Shown here one piece after another: positions 1 through 9,240 of a stretch of 30,743 nucleotides of DNA; position 1 is the stretch's first letter; every line of letters begins with the position of its first letter. The position numbers were made by a program, and so were the translations under genes. The notes under the pieces are model-generated. The model did no database searches. It worked only from the letters and a program-made list of their open reading frames with translations, and was not told the origin of the DNA. This stretch comes from an uncultured Pirellulales bacterium. GTDB lineage: Bacteria > Planctomycetota > Phycisphaerae > Sedimentisphaerales > Anaerobacaceae. The stretch is from assembly GCA_964539795.1 (NCBI GenBank), contig CAZIKS010000006.1, positions 9,738-40,480 of the forward strand, read 5' to 3'.

Positions 1-214
1 CTATATTTCTATCTACCATAAAACAAAATCCCTTTGTGGAACCTCTCTGACTTATCGGCGCTCCACATTTACGCCACAAGCTCACAAAACGCAAAATTTC
101 GCCTTTGGTCGCTTTTCAATAAGCCTTTGTGCTACTCTGCACAATTCAGTTACTTTAAGTTACCAATTTATACAACACACCTGCCTACGCAGCCGGTGCA
201 AATTACACAATCTC

Positions 215-1045
215 TTAAACAGCCTCTATTTTCTTCACAAATTCATCTATTATCCACTCAGGAGTCGATGCTCCTGCCGTAACACCTGCTGTTGTTTTAT
301 CAAAAACGCTACTTTTATCAAATTCTTTCCAATTTTGCAAATGAAACGTTTGATTATTATATTTTTTACACAACTCGGCTAGTCGCCGGGTATTGGCGCT
401 TTTCAGCCCACCCAGCACAAACATCACATCAACCCGTTTACAAAGCTCCACTGCTGATTCCTGCCGTCTTATTGTCTCTCTGCACAAAGTATTAATCACT
501 TTCAACTCGCTAAACCCCCATTTCGCTATCGCCCCAAGCATCCTGCTGAATTGTTCCGGCCCCTTCGTCGTCTGGCAAACTACTCCCAGCCTGCCGTTTT
601 TGGGAAGCTTATGCAAATCCGACTTATCGGCAATTACTGCCACATCATCAGCAAAACCCACAACCGCCTGAACCTCGGGATGATTTTCATCGCCGATTAT
701 CACTACTTTATAACCGTCCTGATTGAGCTGCCCTGCTATCTGTTGAACCCTTTTAACCAGCACACACGTCGCATCGATTATATCAAGCCCCCTTTCCCTG
801 AGTTTGGCTATCTGTTTGGGAGCTGCCCCATGAGAACGAATAAGGACCGTCCCGGAAACAATTTCTTCCACATTGTCAACTGTTTTCAGACCCGCTTTTG
901 CCAACCGCTCAACCATATCATTGTTATGGATAATCGGCCCGAGGCTGTAAACCTCTTTTTTCTCAGCCAATATCTTCTCAGCCATACTGATTGCGTTTTT
1001 CACCCCGTGACAAAATCCGCACTGCTCAGCTACTATAACCTTCAT
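215..1045 (-). CDS. ispH: 4-hydroxy-3-methylbut-2-enyl diphosphate reductase (IspH/LytB). The ORF-track frame continues to 1090 (MMILFGKLQADKRLG-), but the IspH-like N-terminus begins at the ATG at 1043-1045.
   Basis: The translation shows the IspH hallmarks: N-terminal GFCHGVKNAI (IspH Cys ligand region), HNNDMV, DATCVLVKRV, ENHPEV, VVCQTT, TLCRETIRRQ, GGLKSANTRRL and the C-terminal GVTAGASTP. Length of about 276 aa is typical. Confidence 0.9.
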   Translation of the reverse strand: MKVIVAEQCGFCHGVKNAISMAEKILAEKKEVYSLGPIIHNNDMVERLAKAGLKTVDNVEEIVSGTVLIRSHGAAPKQIAKLRERGLDIIDATCVLVKRVQQIAGQLNQDGYKVVIIGDENHPEVQAVVGFADDVAVIADKSDLHKLPKNGRLGVVCQTTKGPEQFSRMLGAIAKWGFSELKVINTLCRETIRRQESAVELCKRVDVMFVLGGLKSANTRRLAELCKKYNNQTFHLQNWKEFDKSSVFDKTTAGVTAGASTPEWIIDEFVKKIEAV

Positions 1046-1094
1046 ACCTAACCGTTTATCTGCCTGTAATTTTCCAAATAAAATCATCAAAACC

Positions 1095-1290
1095 GTTATT
1101 TTACACCAAAATCACCATCTATTCCACAAAAACCCGCCAAATAAACCCTGTTCCATCCCCCTCCGAACGCATAAAAAGCCGCAATAATCTGATAGATTCG
1201 CTACCTTCGCCACTACTTTTCCAAAAAATTTAAAAAATTTATAAAAAAAAACGTTATAAAACGAACTTTGCCCGCACTATAGTAACGGCG
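1095..1290 (+). repeat. Intergenic repeat-family copy R1 (diverged), upstream of ispH
   Basis: It shares the ordered modules ccaaaatc..ccacaaaaaccc, gcataaaaagccgcaa and aaaaacgttataaaacgaactttgcccgc with the other copies. Confidence 0.4.
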
Positions 1291-1305
1291 TAGAATAGGT
1301 ACGGT

Positions 1306-3186
1306 ATGAATAACAACAAAGATCAAGATTATGTTGCTCTGGCCGAGCAGGCCAGGCTTGGTGATAAGCCGAGTCTCGACAAACTAACCGAGCTGGTCCA
1401 GCCGAGATTGTACGCCTATGTTTACCGAATCATTCTGCAAAAAAACCTCGCTCAGGATATTGTTCAGGAGGCCCTGCTCGAAATGTTTAAAGTTATAGAA
1501 AACTTGGAAAAACCGGACAGGTTTTGGCCCTGGCTACGGGGTATCGCCTACAACAAAATTCGACTGCAATACGCAAGACAATACCGTCGTAGAACCGTTT
1601 CAATATCGAATCTTCAGCTTGAGGACACACAAAAGGCACGCCAGAAAGGTTTAGCAAGTCTAATGACCCAGGAATTGAGACAAATCGTTTTTAATGCTAT
1701 GCAAAGGCTAAAGCCCCCCCACCGCGCAGTCCTCGCTATGCGATGCTACGAAAACATGGAATATTCCCAAATCGCAGAACTCATGCAGAGAAACGAATTC
1801 AGCGTACGCTCTTTGTTCTTTCGGGCAAAAAGGTCTCTGCACAAACAACTTTCTCGCAGCGGATTTCGCAAAGAATTTTTCCTCACAGCATTGGTTATGT
1901 TTGGCAAAATGACCGCGCCAAGCGAAGCCTCCGCCGCGGAACTCTCCGTAACCGGAGCAACCGTCAATGCTGGCTTCACTGCCAATATGACCGGCCTGGC
2001 AACCAGCACACCCGTAATTATAACCCTCATTACCGCTGGCTTCTTGGGCGTCTGCTCTGTCACCGCCCCGTCATGGATTGATAAACCGATGTCCTGGGCT
2101 GAAAAAACTACTGTTGCGGTTAAAGAAAAATTTGCACAGCATTTGCCTGCCGCTAATCAACTCAACGATACAAAAGAGCTGTGTTGGTATTATTTCCCCG
2201 AAGAAACAACCGGCCCGGTTATGACAAGACTTCTCAAGTGGGACACCCAGACAGAAAAATCTTACCATCAGCTACTCCAAAACGACCGCGCAAACTACTT
2301 CTTCGACAGAACCACCGCAACCGTTTACATCAAAAATCACAGGAACTGGCAATCCAACCTGGCCGTTCAGCGACTCCCAACCGACAGCCTCCACTTGCGG
2401 CAGTTCCTTACAAAAAACGAAAACCAGCCGGACCAAATGCAGTATGTCCCCGCTGAAGGCCGGGCTCTGCTCGTTAGCATAAACCACAACGCCACTCAAC
2501 CACAGTTAACGTATAACTACAACGTTTTGGACGAGGAATACTTTAGATACAGCTTCCCTGATGGAGTAAAAGTTGTCGATAATCGAGACGCTATGCATAA
2601 ACGCGGCTGGACTTATTTCACTATTTCAGGCAATATGGCAGGAAAAAAAGTTTCTGGAAAAGGACGCCTTCCATTCGTTTACCACGCAACCAAACAATAT
2701 CCCCCCTGGCTGAAACTGCGGGTATATGGCCGGATGAACATTCACGATGGTGCCGAAGCAGCATTTATATATGATGATGCCGGCAGGATGCTCGCAAACT
2801 ACCCGACCGGAACTTTCTTCAAGGCTCTAACCCGCCCATGGATGGGACTGCATACTATCGATACGGTTCGAAGGGACGCCGCCGAAAAAAGCATCCCCTT
2901 CGAGACCAAATTCATACCAGCCGGAAATAAAGCCGAAATCGTTCTAAACGCACCGCAAATGAACTTGACTTACACCATCGACTTGGAAAAGGATATTATT
3001 GAAAAAATCATATTCTCAACGCCACAGACAATGGGTCTTTATGGTATGTTGAACTTTTATTATCTCGAGGATATTGACCGGCTTGACGATGACTTTACAG
3101 AGCCTTCCTGCGGCGATTCCACAATGCCGCAGGAAAAAGAAATGCCCCAACTGTGGCTGTTAAAATTAGCTGAACCTGGTTTGTAA
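1306..3186 (+). CDS. ECF (sigma-70 family) sigma factor with a long C-terminal extension. Sigma regions 2 and 4 occupy about aa 1-185. They are followed by a predicted TM helix (VIITLITAGFLGVCSVTAPSW) and a roughly 400-aa extracytoplasmic domain of unknown fold.
   Basis: The N-terminus has ECF region 2 (DIVQEALLEMFKVIENLEKPDRFWPWLRGIAYNKI) and region 4 (PPHRAVLAMRCYENMEYSQIAELMQRNEFSVRSLFFRAKRSL). A single continuous 626-aa ORF was seen and no stop separates the sigma part from the extension. Confidence 0.8.
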   Translation: MNNNKDQDYVALAEQARLGDKPSLDKLTELVQPRLYAYVYRIILQKNLAQDIVQEALLEMFKVIENLEKPDRFWPWLRGIAYNKIRLQYARQYRRRTVSISNLQLEDTQKARQKGLASLMTQELRQIVFNAMQRLKPPHRAVLAMRCYENMEYSQIAELMQRNEFSVRSLFFRAKRSLHKQLSRSGFRKEFFLTALVMFGKMTAPSEASAAELSVTGATVNAGFTANMTGLATSTPVIITLITAGFLGVCSVTAPSWIDKPMSWAEKTTVAVKEKFAQHLPAANQLNDTKELCWYYFPEETTGPVMTRLLKWDTQTEKSYHQLLQNDRANYFFDRTTATVYIKNHRNWQSNLAVQRLPTDSLHLRQFLTKNENQPDQMQYVPAEGRALLVSINHNATQPQLTYNYNVLDEEYFRYSFPDGVKVVDNRDAMHKRGWTYFTISGNMAGKKVSGKGRLPFVYHATKQYPPWLKLRVYGRMNIHDGAEAAFIYDDAGRMLANYPTGTFFKALTRPWMGLHTIDTVRRDAAEKSIPFETKFIPAGNKAEIVLNAPQMNLTYTIDLEKDIIEKIIFSTPQTMGLYGMLNFYYLEDIDRLDDDFTEPSCGDSTMPQEKEMPQLWLLKLAEPGL

Positions 3187-3439
3187 TAAGCCCTTAAAAC
3201 TCTTTTTTAGAAAAACTGATTTAACCTTAAAATGTGAAGGTTGGAGCGAGGCGGTGAGATGGTTCTTCACGGCCCCGCTCCCGTACATGAAATAAAAAAA
3301 GTTCTCGGCGTTATACACAGGACAAATGTCAAAGTCCGAGTGTAACCAATAGTGCGGAGAAAATTCTATTATTATAAAACGCTGCAAACTCGCTTCAAAA
3401 ATCAAGGCTCGCAGGGGCTTCTCTCTGCTTGAACTTATC

Positions 3440-4270
3440 GTGATACTGGCCATTATTATGACCTGGATTGGCGTTATGCTCCCCGTAATGGGTAAAGCAA
3501 GACGCCATGCAAGGACGATTCAGACTATGGAAAATCAGCGACAAATCGTCATTGCCCTCACCTGTTTCGCAACCGACAACAACGGCCGATATCCAGATTC
3601 AGTCGCTACTATAGGCTCTGCCACAAATTGGAACTGGCAGGAGCCTACAATGCTCACTTCTGCCTGCAGGCGCGGTTCGAATGTCAATCGGTCGATGAGC
3701 TCCTATCTCCGCCCCTACATCGAGGATGCAGCTATTATGTTCTGTGCCAATGCCCCCGAAAAATACAAATACCTTCAGCAGGCCTGGGATGCCGCCGAAA
3801 ACTGGGATAACCCCGAAACCCCCTACCCAATGGACCCCGTCATAGGAACATATTGCTTTTACTGGAATTACAAAGGCTTCCTCGACGGACAAAAAGAACC
3901 CTTTAAAGGCCCACACGGCCCGTCCCGAGCGCCCGGAGAAAGCAGTTTGCTTATTAGCGATTATTTCGGCTACGGCCATTGGAGAAACCCCAACGCCTAC
4001 GGAAGCTGTGAAAAATTCGACGACGCCTCCGTCGCATCGGGAACCCTCGTCTCTTCGGATTTCTGGTCCTTTTGTCCCCTTGATGAAAACGCCGGCCTCG
4101 ATACCATCGAACTAAAACTCCACGCCGCCTATACTGACGGCCGCGTCGAACGTTATTCACCCTCGCAAACTATACCTATGAGAGTTTCGATGACTTCCGA
4201 TGGTGCCGTCCCCTATCCCGACTCTCCCGGCCCGGGCATCTTCTACATCCCCCAAAACGCCTTGTATTAA
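3440..4270 (+). CDS. Prepilin-type N-terminal cleavage/methylation-domain protein (DUF1559-like, type II secretion pseudopilin-like). The true N-terminus is upstream of the GTG at 3440. The frame is open from 3353 and encodes ...IKARRGFSLLELIVILAII.
   Basis: The class-III signal-peptide-like motif GFSLLELIVILAII is followed by the ARRHARTIQTMENQRQIVIALTCFATDNNGRYPDS region typical of the PVC-group 'prepilin-like' family. The C-terminal LHAAYTDGRVERY resembles the H-X-DG end motif. No ATG, GTG or TTG occurs in frame between the stop at 3350 and the leader. Confidence 0.7.
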   Translation: MILAIIMTWIGVMLPVMGKARRHARTIQTMENQRQIVIALTCFATDNNGRYPDSVATIGSATNWNWQEPTMLTSACRRGSNVNRSMSSYLRPYIEDAAIMFCANAPEKYKYLQQAWDAAENWDNPETPYPMDPVIGTYCFYWNYKGFLDGQKEPFKGPHGPSRAPGESSLLISDYFGYGHWRNPNAYGSCEKFDDASVASGTLVSSDFWSFCPLDENAGLDTIELKLHAAYTDGRVERYSPSQTIPMRVSMTSDGAVPYPDSPGPGIFYIPQNALY

Positions 4271-4561
4271 ATTATTTCTATAACAAAACCGACACGTCTC
4301 CACAAACCAACTGAAGCCGGTCTGTCTGTGAGTTGTAGTTTAGAATTTATTCTTTTGCCAACGGTATCGAATATACAAAGGTTTGCATCGGACTTTCTTG
4401 AAACAGCACTTGCCGCTATAGATATGAATTTTTGCACACTATGCCCCCACGAGTGGTAATTTTTTCCTCTTAAGTGTTGTTAAAACCAACAAAATATGGC
4501 TGCAAGTACCGATTCAACTGAACTCCCAGCTTATTTAATTCAAATCAAATTAGTGATAAAA

Positions 4562-7102
4562 TTATTCAAAAACCATCAGCCAGTTATTGACAAATACATC
4601 CAGATCCAGCCAATTGATGGAGTTATCAGGAGGAATACTTATATCACAGTCAGGATTATAGCTGGCTTGGCCGTCTTCAGTCAACCAAGCCGCTCCAAAA
4701 GTAGCAAAATCCTCAAAGTCCACATCGCAGTCCGGCTCAATATCGCCGACTATCGGTTCACTCGGTATTTCACCTATGAGCTTCAGGTTCGGCACCGCAG
4801 TGGCAACATACAAACCCGGATTATAGAAATCATCCCAGTACAGAGGGTCGCCGTGCGTACTGTTGCAAAACGCCAACATTACACGCTCGTTGCCCGTGTC
4901 TGAAACCATACAGTACCCGTCCGAACTGTAAAAGCTGTTGTTGTGGCTGAAGTCTATCAACAGATTGCTCGTGCCGTTGTACTCAAACGGCGTCTGGAAG
5001 TGAAAATTCTGCCATCCCGTTGAACTTATTGACTCATTGTTCTGATAGACAACTTTCCATTCGCTCATCTCAACAAACCATGGGCCCGGACCGGAGTAGT
5101 CACTTTTGCTCGTGTGTTTCATTCTGATTGTCCAGTTGTTGAGAGTCTGACCCGGAACTTGGTAAATATCGAGCGCCAAGTCGGTTATAGTTTGCTCGTC
5201 CCCTACATCACTGGACAGATAGATTACCTGCGTTCGGCAATCCTGGTAGTACGTATGTATCGGCCAATATGCGTACGCATTCGTCTGCGGCTCGTACGTG
5301 GTATATATATGATTGTCAACGTCCAATGTGACCGTGGCCGGCGCTGAGTCACCGCCTGTCGGGGATATGCCCCCGTCGTTGGCCTTGAAACAAAAGGTGT
5401 CCTCACCAGCAAAATACGTGCAGGGCCAGTACTCAACGACATTGCCGTTGCCCACGAGCATATAGGGTACACTTATTATCGCACCGGCCCCCGGGTCCGT
5501 CAATCGACCATGTTCGGGCAGCGTAGCTATCTTGTAGCTTAACTGTCCCGGTGGATTCGGTAAACCGTCGTCGGTGGCAATGAGGGTAATCGTCTTGGTT
5601 GTACCTGAAACAGCAGGGACACTCTGGCCGAACGCCGTGGGAGGACCTTCGTTCTGTGAAACGAAATCGATGCCCCATTTATTGCCCGAACTGCTCGAAA
5701 GGTCCGTTGACGTACCAGTGGTAGCAAATTGATTCGAAAAGATATAAGGTGCTTTGTCCGCACTTACCGTAAAGCTCTGCCCTGAAGGCACTTTAACTAT
5801 AGCGTAAATACCCGCCGCATCGCTTGTTCCCTGATAAGTACCTCCTCCGGTTGCTGTCACTACAACATCAGGAATCGGGTTACCCACAAGGTCCGTCACT
5901 CGCCCGCTGATAATCTCCCCCGAACCGCTCGTATACACGTTGTAAACACACTCCTCCAGTATATTGAAAGATGGCGTTGAGTTGACTGTCGGCAGATTGT
6001 ACCATGCATCGTCGTTGCCGCACCAGCCCATATTCACATGATGGTACAGTGTCGAAGAGGTATAGCCGTAACCGTCACAAACAACCGCGTGCCCGCCAAC
6101 CCCTCCCTTGATACCCAGTACCGTCGGTTGTTTGGCATCGAGGTTCGTGTTGACCATGTTTCTCAGCGTTGAGCCCAGGATAGGGTCCTGCGAGTATATT
6201 GAATTGGAATAGCCGAAGATTGCCACTAAATTCGTATCTGCGTAATGCAAATACCCAACAGAACCTCCGGACCCATATATTGTGCCTACGGCCTCGGCCA
6301 CATCATGGCAAAGGCTGCCTATCTCCTGTCTCTGGTATTCCGGCGTGCCTATCAAGGGCTCCAGCGGCATATTCGACCAGGTGTACGAACCTGGATATTC
6401 GTGGTACCGCATAAGTTGAGATGTCGCCGTTGCAACACACCCACAGGGGTAATTTGTGTTGCTGCCATCTGGGCCCGGTGGTGTGTAGTAGTTGTAGCAT
6501 GACTCCATATTGCTGTAACATTCAACATTGCTCTGCCCCCATTTGCTCTGCACAAGCGGAGCTACCCAGACCTCCGACACCGTGGAAAGTCCCAGCGGCT
6601 CAATTACATCTTCTGCCGCCGCCGACAGCTCCTGCCATTTGCTGTTGGCCTTAGCCGCCCGTGCCTGAAGAGCCTCGACGTTCGTCAGTTGTTTCGAAAC
6701 GTTGTCCCTTGCGAGTTCTTTCGCCGTTGCGACCCGGCCGGGAACGTCACTGCTGACCAGCGATCCAAGAGGGTTATCGTCCGAGCTGTCGTAAGTACCA
6801 TCATCAGCAAAACAAATAATCGGCTCAACAAAATCGTCTGCCGGCACAACCACAAAACCGGATGGCTCCAAATAAATAATGTAATAGCTCGGATTGCCCC
6901 TCTCATCGGTAAACGTCTCAATATCGCCAATCTTTCGACCGACAGTTGTACTGAGCGGGTTCACATTGGCTTTGAGCCAGCCTCGTACTGCTCTTCCAGC
7001 CTGCTCTGCTGTCGTTGGCCGGGCCCACAAACTGCCGCAACACAACTGCAAAACTACCAAAAAAACTGTAATCACAGGAATTGTTTTTCCCACTCTTCGC
7101 AT
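4562..7102 (-). CDS. Secreted multidomain cysteine peptidase of family C10 (streptopain/SpeB-like). It has a signal peptide, a C10 propeptide-like region, the catalytic domain, CarbopepD-regulatory-like and Ig-like beta domains, and a C-terminal dockerin-like Ca-binding repeat pair.
   Basis: The N-terminal signal peptide is MRRVGKTIPVITVFLVVLQLCCGSLWA. The SpeB-like catalytic Cys context is CGCVATATSQLMRYHEYP (compare SpeB HCVATATAQIMKYHNYP). The propeptide-like stretch is YYIIYLEPSGFVVVPADDF. The C-terminal DIEPDCDVDFEDFATFGAAWL / DISIPPDNSINWLDLDVFVNNWL pair resembles dockerin repeats. Confidence 0.8.
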   Translation of the reverse strand: MRRVGKTIPVITVFLVVLQLCCGSLWARPTTAEQAGRAVRGWLKANVNPLSTTVGRKIGDIETFTDERGNPSYYIIYLEPSGFVVVPADDFVEPIICFADDGTYDSSDDNPLGSLVSSDVPGRVATAKELARDNVSKQLTNVEALQARAAKANSKWQELSAAAEDVIEPLGLSTVSEVWVAPLVQSKWGQSNVECYSNMESCYNYYTPPGPDGSNTNYPCGCVATATSQLMRYHEYPGSYTWSNMPLEPLIGTPEYQRQEIGSLCHDVAEAVGTIYGSGGSVGYLHYADTNLVAIFGYSNSIYSQDPILGSTLRNMVNTNLDAKQPTVLGIKGGVGGHAVVCDGYGYTSSTLYHHVNMGWCGNDDAWYNLPTVNSTPSFNILEECVYNVYTSGSGEIISGRVTDLVGNPIPDVVVTATGGGTYQGTSDAAGIYAIVKVPSGQSFTVSADKAPYIFSNQFATTGTSTDLSSSSGNKWGIDFVSQNEGPPTAFGQSVPAVSGTTKTITLIATDDGLPNPPGQLSYKIATLPEHGRLTDPGAGAIISVPYMLVGNGNVVEYWPCTYFAGEDTFCFKANDGGISPTGGDSAPATVTLDVDNHIYTTYEPQTNAYAYWPIHTYYQDCRTQVIYLSSDVGDEQTITDLALDIYQVPGQTLNNWTIRMKHTSKSDYSGPGPWFVEMSEWKVVYQNNESISSTGWQNFHFQTPFEYNGTSNLLIDFSHNNSFYSSDGYCMVSDTGNERVMLAFCNSTHGDPLYWDDFYNPGLYVATAVPNLKLIGEIPSEPIVGDIEPDCDVDFEDFATFGAAWLTEDGQASYNPDCDISIPPDNSINWLDLDVFVNNWLMVFE

Positions 7103-7349
7103 TTTCCTCTCCTTTACAAAAAGTTGTTCCTTTGATTATGAGCCCAAAACCCACTCTCCTGCACTCTTTTTTAGATATTCCACTGCCTTAAGCATTTGCC
7201 TTGCTCCTCTGGAAATGGCAACTGAAAAGCATGTACATTATATCCCGAATCGCCTTTGAATTCAAACATTCTCTTTTTTTTGCCAAATATCAAGAGAAAA
7301 ATACTCTCCTTGTAACTGTAAAAATCGAGCGAAGTCCACACATCCACAA

Positions 7350-7478
7350 TACAACCGAAAAGCCCAAAATAGCTCATAAAATCACAAATCCATAAGACTT
7401 ATAGTATCAAAGACTTAAAAAACAAAAGACAATTAACATTCTGAAGATACGACTGCTGCTTCGAACACAGCCGGAAAT
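7350..7478 (+). repeat. Intergenic repeat-family copy R2, upstream of the C10 peptidase gene
   Basis: The sequence is caaccgaaaagcccaaaatagctcataaaatcacaaatccataagacttatagtatcaaagacttaaaaaa...ttaacattctgaag. Confidence 0.65.
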
Positions 7479-7499
7479 TATGTAAGTCAGGTCTTGCTT

Positions 7500-7859
7500 T
7501 TAATCGATTTCTTCTATTCTCTCAACCAGGCTGCTGCATCCAATTCCGTATTTGTGGGGTTCTCTTTTCATAAGGAAAAAAATTACAGTAGGCTCACTTT
7601 CTATGCTGCCAAAGAACTTCTCTCTCCTGGCATCCTCAAAAAATTCTCTTTCAACGTCTTCATCAAAACAGTACGTTCTGTCTAATAACGAAGAGGGGTA
7701 TTCCCTTATAAGTTCTTTGAGTTTCTTTCTGGAAATGTGAATTCCACCCAGAAGTGGATGGATTTCGCCGTTCTCATCCTGCTTAATCCAGAGTTCCCTG
7801 TCATCTTCAATTTTCTGAATATACGTGCCTCCTTTTGCTGTAAAATATCTTCTTTCCAT
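7500..7859 (-). CDS. Hypothetical protein (119 aa), acidic, with no recognisable domain.
   Basis: A clean ORF in an otherwise empty intergenic space between rhaA and the peptidase gene. Coding potential cannot be verified beyond ORF length. Confidence 0.4.
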   Translation of the reverse strand: MERRYFTAKGGTYIQKIEDDRELWIKQDENGEIHPLLGGIHISRKKLKELIREYPSSLLDRTYCFDEDVEREFFEDARREKFFGSIESEPTVIFFLMKREPHKYGIGCSSLVERIEEID

Positions 7860-7953
7860 GATGAATTATTTTATCATCGCCCCAGCATAATTTGGCTTGC
7901 CGATGACTACACTTCTGTAATGAGCAAGGGCAAACCGCAGTCAACCTGAAAGT

Positions 7954-9240
7954 CTAACCTGCGTCACTTTTGCCAAAGGGAACAGATAAACTCCTTTTTG
8001 CTAGAATATTTTTTTCATAACTTTTAATTTCATCTATCCATTTGGTCCCAATCGGAACGTCGGATTTCATACAATAATAATCCCATACTGCGCCGAACGG
8101 CATCGTCTTTAGTTCTTCCATAAGGGCAAGTCTTGTAGTAAGGTCGCCGGAGATTTCCGCCTCTTTGAGTGTGTCGGCTGGTTCCAACAACGCCATCAAG
8201 AGCCCCTTGAGCAAGCACCTTGTTCCGATGATCCAGGCGGCAATCCTGTTTATACTTGCATCGAAGAAATCCAGGCCGATGCGCACCCTGTCGAGGAAAT
8301 CACCTGTTACCAGTTCTCTTGCGAGCGACTTAAGCTCGTCGTCTAGGATGACAACATGGTCGCTGTCCCAGCGCACGCCCCTGCTGATATGCAGAAGTAT
8401 CCGCTCAAGAAAAACCAGCACGGACGATATCTTATCCGAGACAGCCTCCGTCGGATGGAAATGTCCTGTGTCCAGACAAAGCATCAGCTTATTCTCGACA
8501 GCGTAACCAAGATAGAAATCATAGGAGCCGACAACGTAACTTTCCGTGCCGATGCCGAAAAGTTTCGGTTCCACCGCGTCCAGGTTATATTTTGAATCAA
8601 TTTTTTCGGAAAGTATTTCATCAAGTGATTTTTTCAGTCGTTGTCTCGGGCCCTTGCGGTCGACCGGAATATCCTTGTATCCGTCCGGGACCCAGATATT
8701 TGTTACACATGGGCTTTTAAGTTCTCTGCCTATATACTCGCCGATTTTTCGGCAGGCAATCCCGTGCTCGACCCAGAATTTGCGAATACCCTCGTCGGAG
8801 CTTGCAAGAGTAAAGCCGCTCTCAGCTTTAGAATGGGAGAAGAAGGTTCCATTGAAGTCCAGCTTGAGACCTTTCTCTTTAGCCCAATCTATCCAGGCCG
8901 AAAAATGTTCTGGCTCCAGCTTATTTCGGCAGATGTGTTTGCCGCCGGTTTCGGCATAAATGGCGTGCAGATTCAGGCGGTGTCTGCCGGGTATAAGACT
9001 CAGCGTTTTGTCCAAATCCATTCGCAGTTCTTCAGCGGTCCGCGCCCTTCCCTGATATTTGCCGGTGGCCGTTATATGGTTGCCGCTCACCTCATTTTTA
9101 CTTTCGAACCCCCTTACATCATCACCCTGCCAACAGTGCAGTGATATTGCTATTGTGCTTAGCTGTAGCACAGCCTTATCGGTATCGACCCCAATTTCAG
9201 CATATTGCTCTTTTGCTAAATTATATCTTTGTTCTATCAT
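7954..9240 (-). CDS. rhaA: L-rhamnose isomerase
   Basis: Strong collinear similarity to E. coli RhaA in the motifs [33 protein letters not shown] and [13 protein letters not shown]. The length is 428 aa. The start overlaps the rhaB stop by 4 bp (ATGA). Confidence 0.92.
   Translation of the reverse strand: MIEQRYNLAKEQYAEIGVDTDKAVLQLSTIAISLHCWQGDDVRGFESKNEVSGNHITATGKYQGRARTAEELRMDLDKTLSLIPGRHRLNLHAIYAETGGKHICRNKLEPEHFSAWIDWAKEKGLKLDFNGTFFSHSKAESGFTLASSDEGIRKFWVEHGIACRKIGEYIGRELKSPCVTNIWVPDGYKDIPVDRKGPRQRLKKSLDEILSEKIDSKYNLDAVEPKLFGIGTESYVVGSYDFYLGYAVENKLMLCLDTGHFHPTEAVSDKISSVLVFLERILLHISRGVRWDSDHVVILDDELKSLARELVTGDFLDRVRIGLDFFDASINRIAAWIIGTRCLLKGLLMALLEPADTLKEAEISGDLTTRLALMEELKTMPFGAVWDYYCMKSDVPIGTKWIDEIKSYEKNILAKRSLSVPFGKSDAG

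Noticed and set aside
34-282. An 82-aa ORF at the window start
   Set aside because: It overlaps the partial repeat-element copy and the 3' end of ispH. It has a low-complexity, unlikely protein sequence.
551-1051. A 166-aa plus-strand ORF overlapping ispH, and many similar 60-160-aa ORFs antisense to long genes (for example 1746..2063, 3599..3979, 4496..4903, 8165..9144, 12407..12745, 18430..18978, 20078..20521, 21489..21986, 22043..22541, 24866..25354)
   Set aside because: These are shadow ORFs inside confidently identified genes on the opposite strand. They have no domain signal and odd composition.
3226-3290. An imperfect long hairpin (aaccttaaaatgtgaaggtt followed by GGAGCG...CGCTCC) downstream of the plus-strand sigma gene
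   Set aside because: No U-tract follows on the plus strand, and the stems are imperfect. It cannot be called a terminator.
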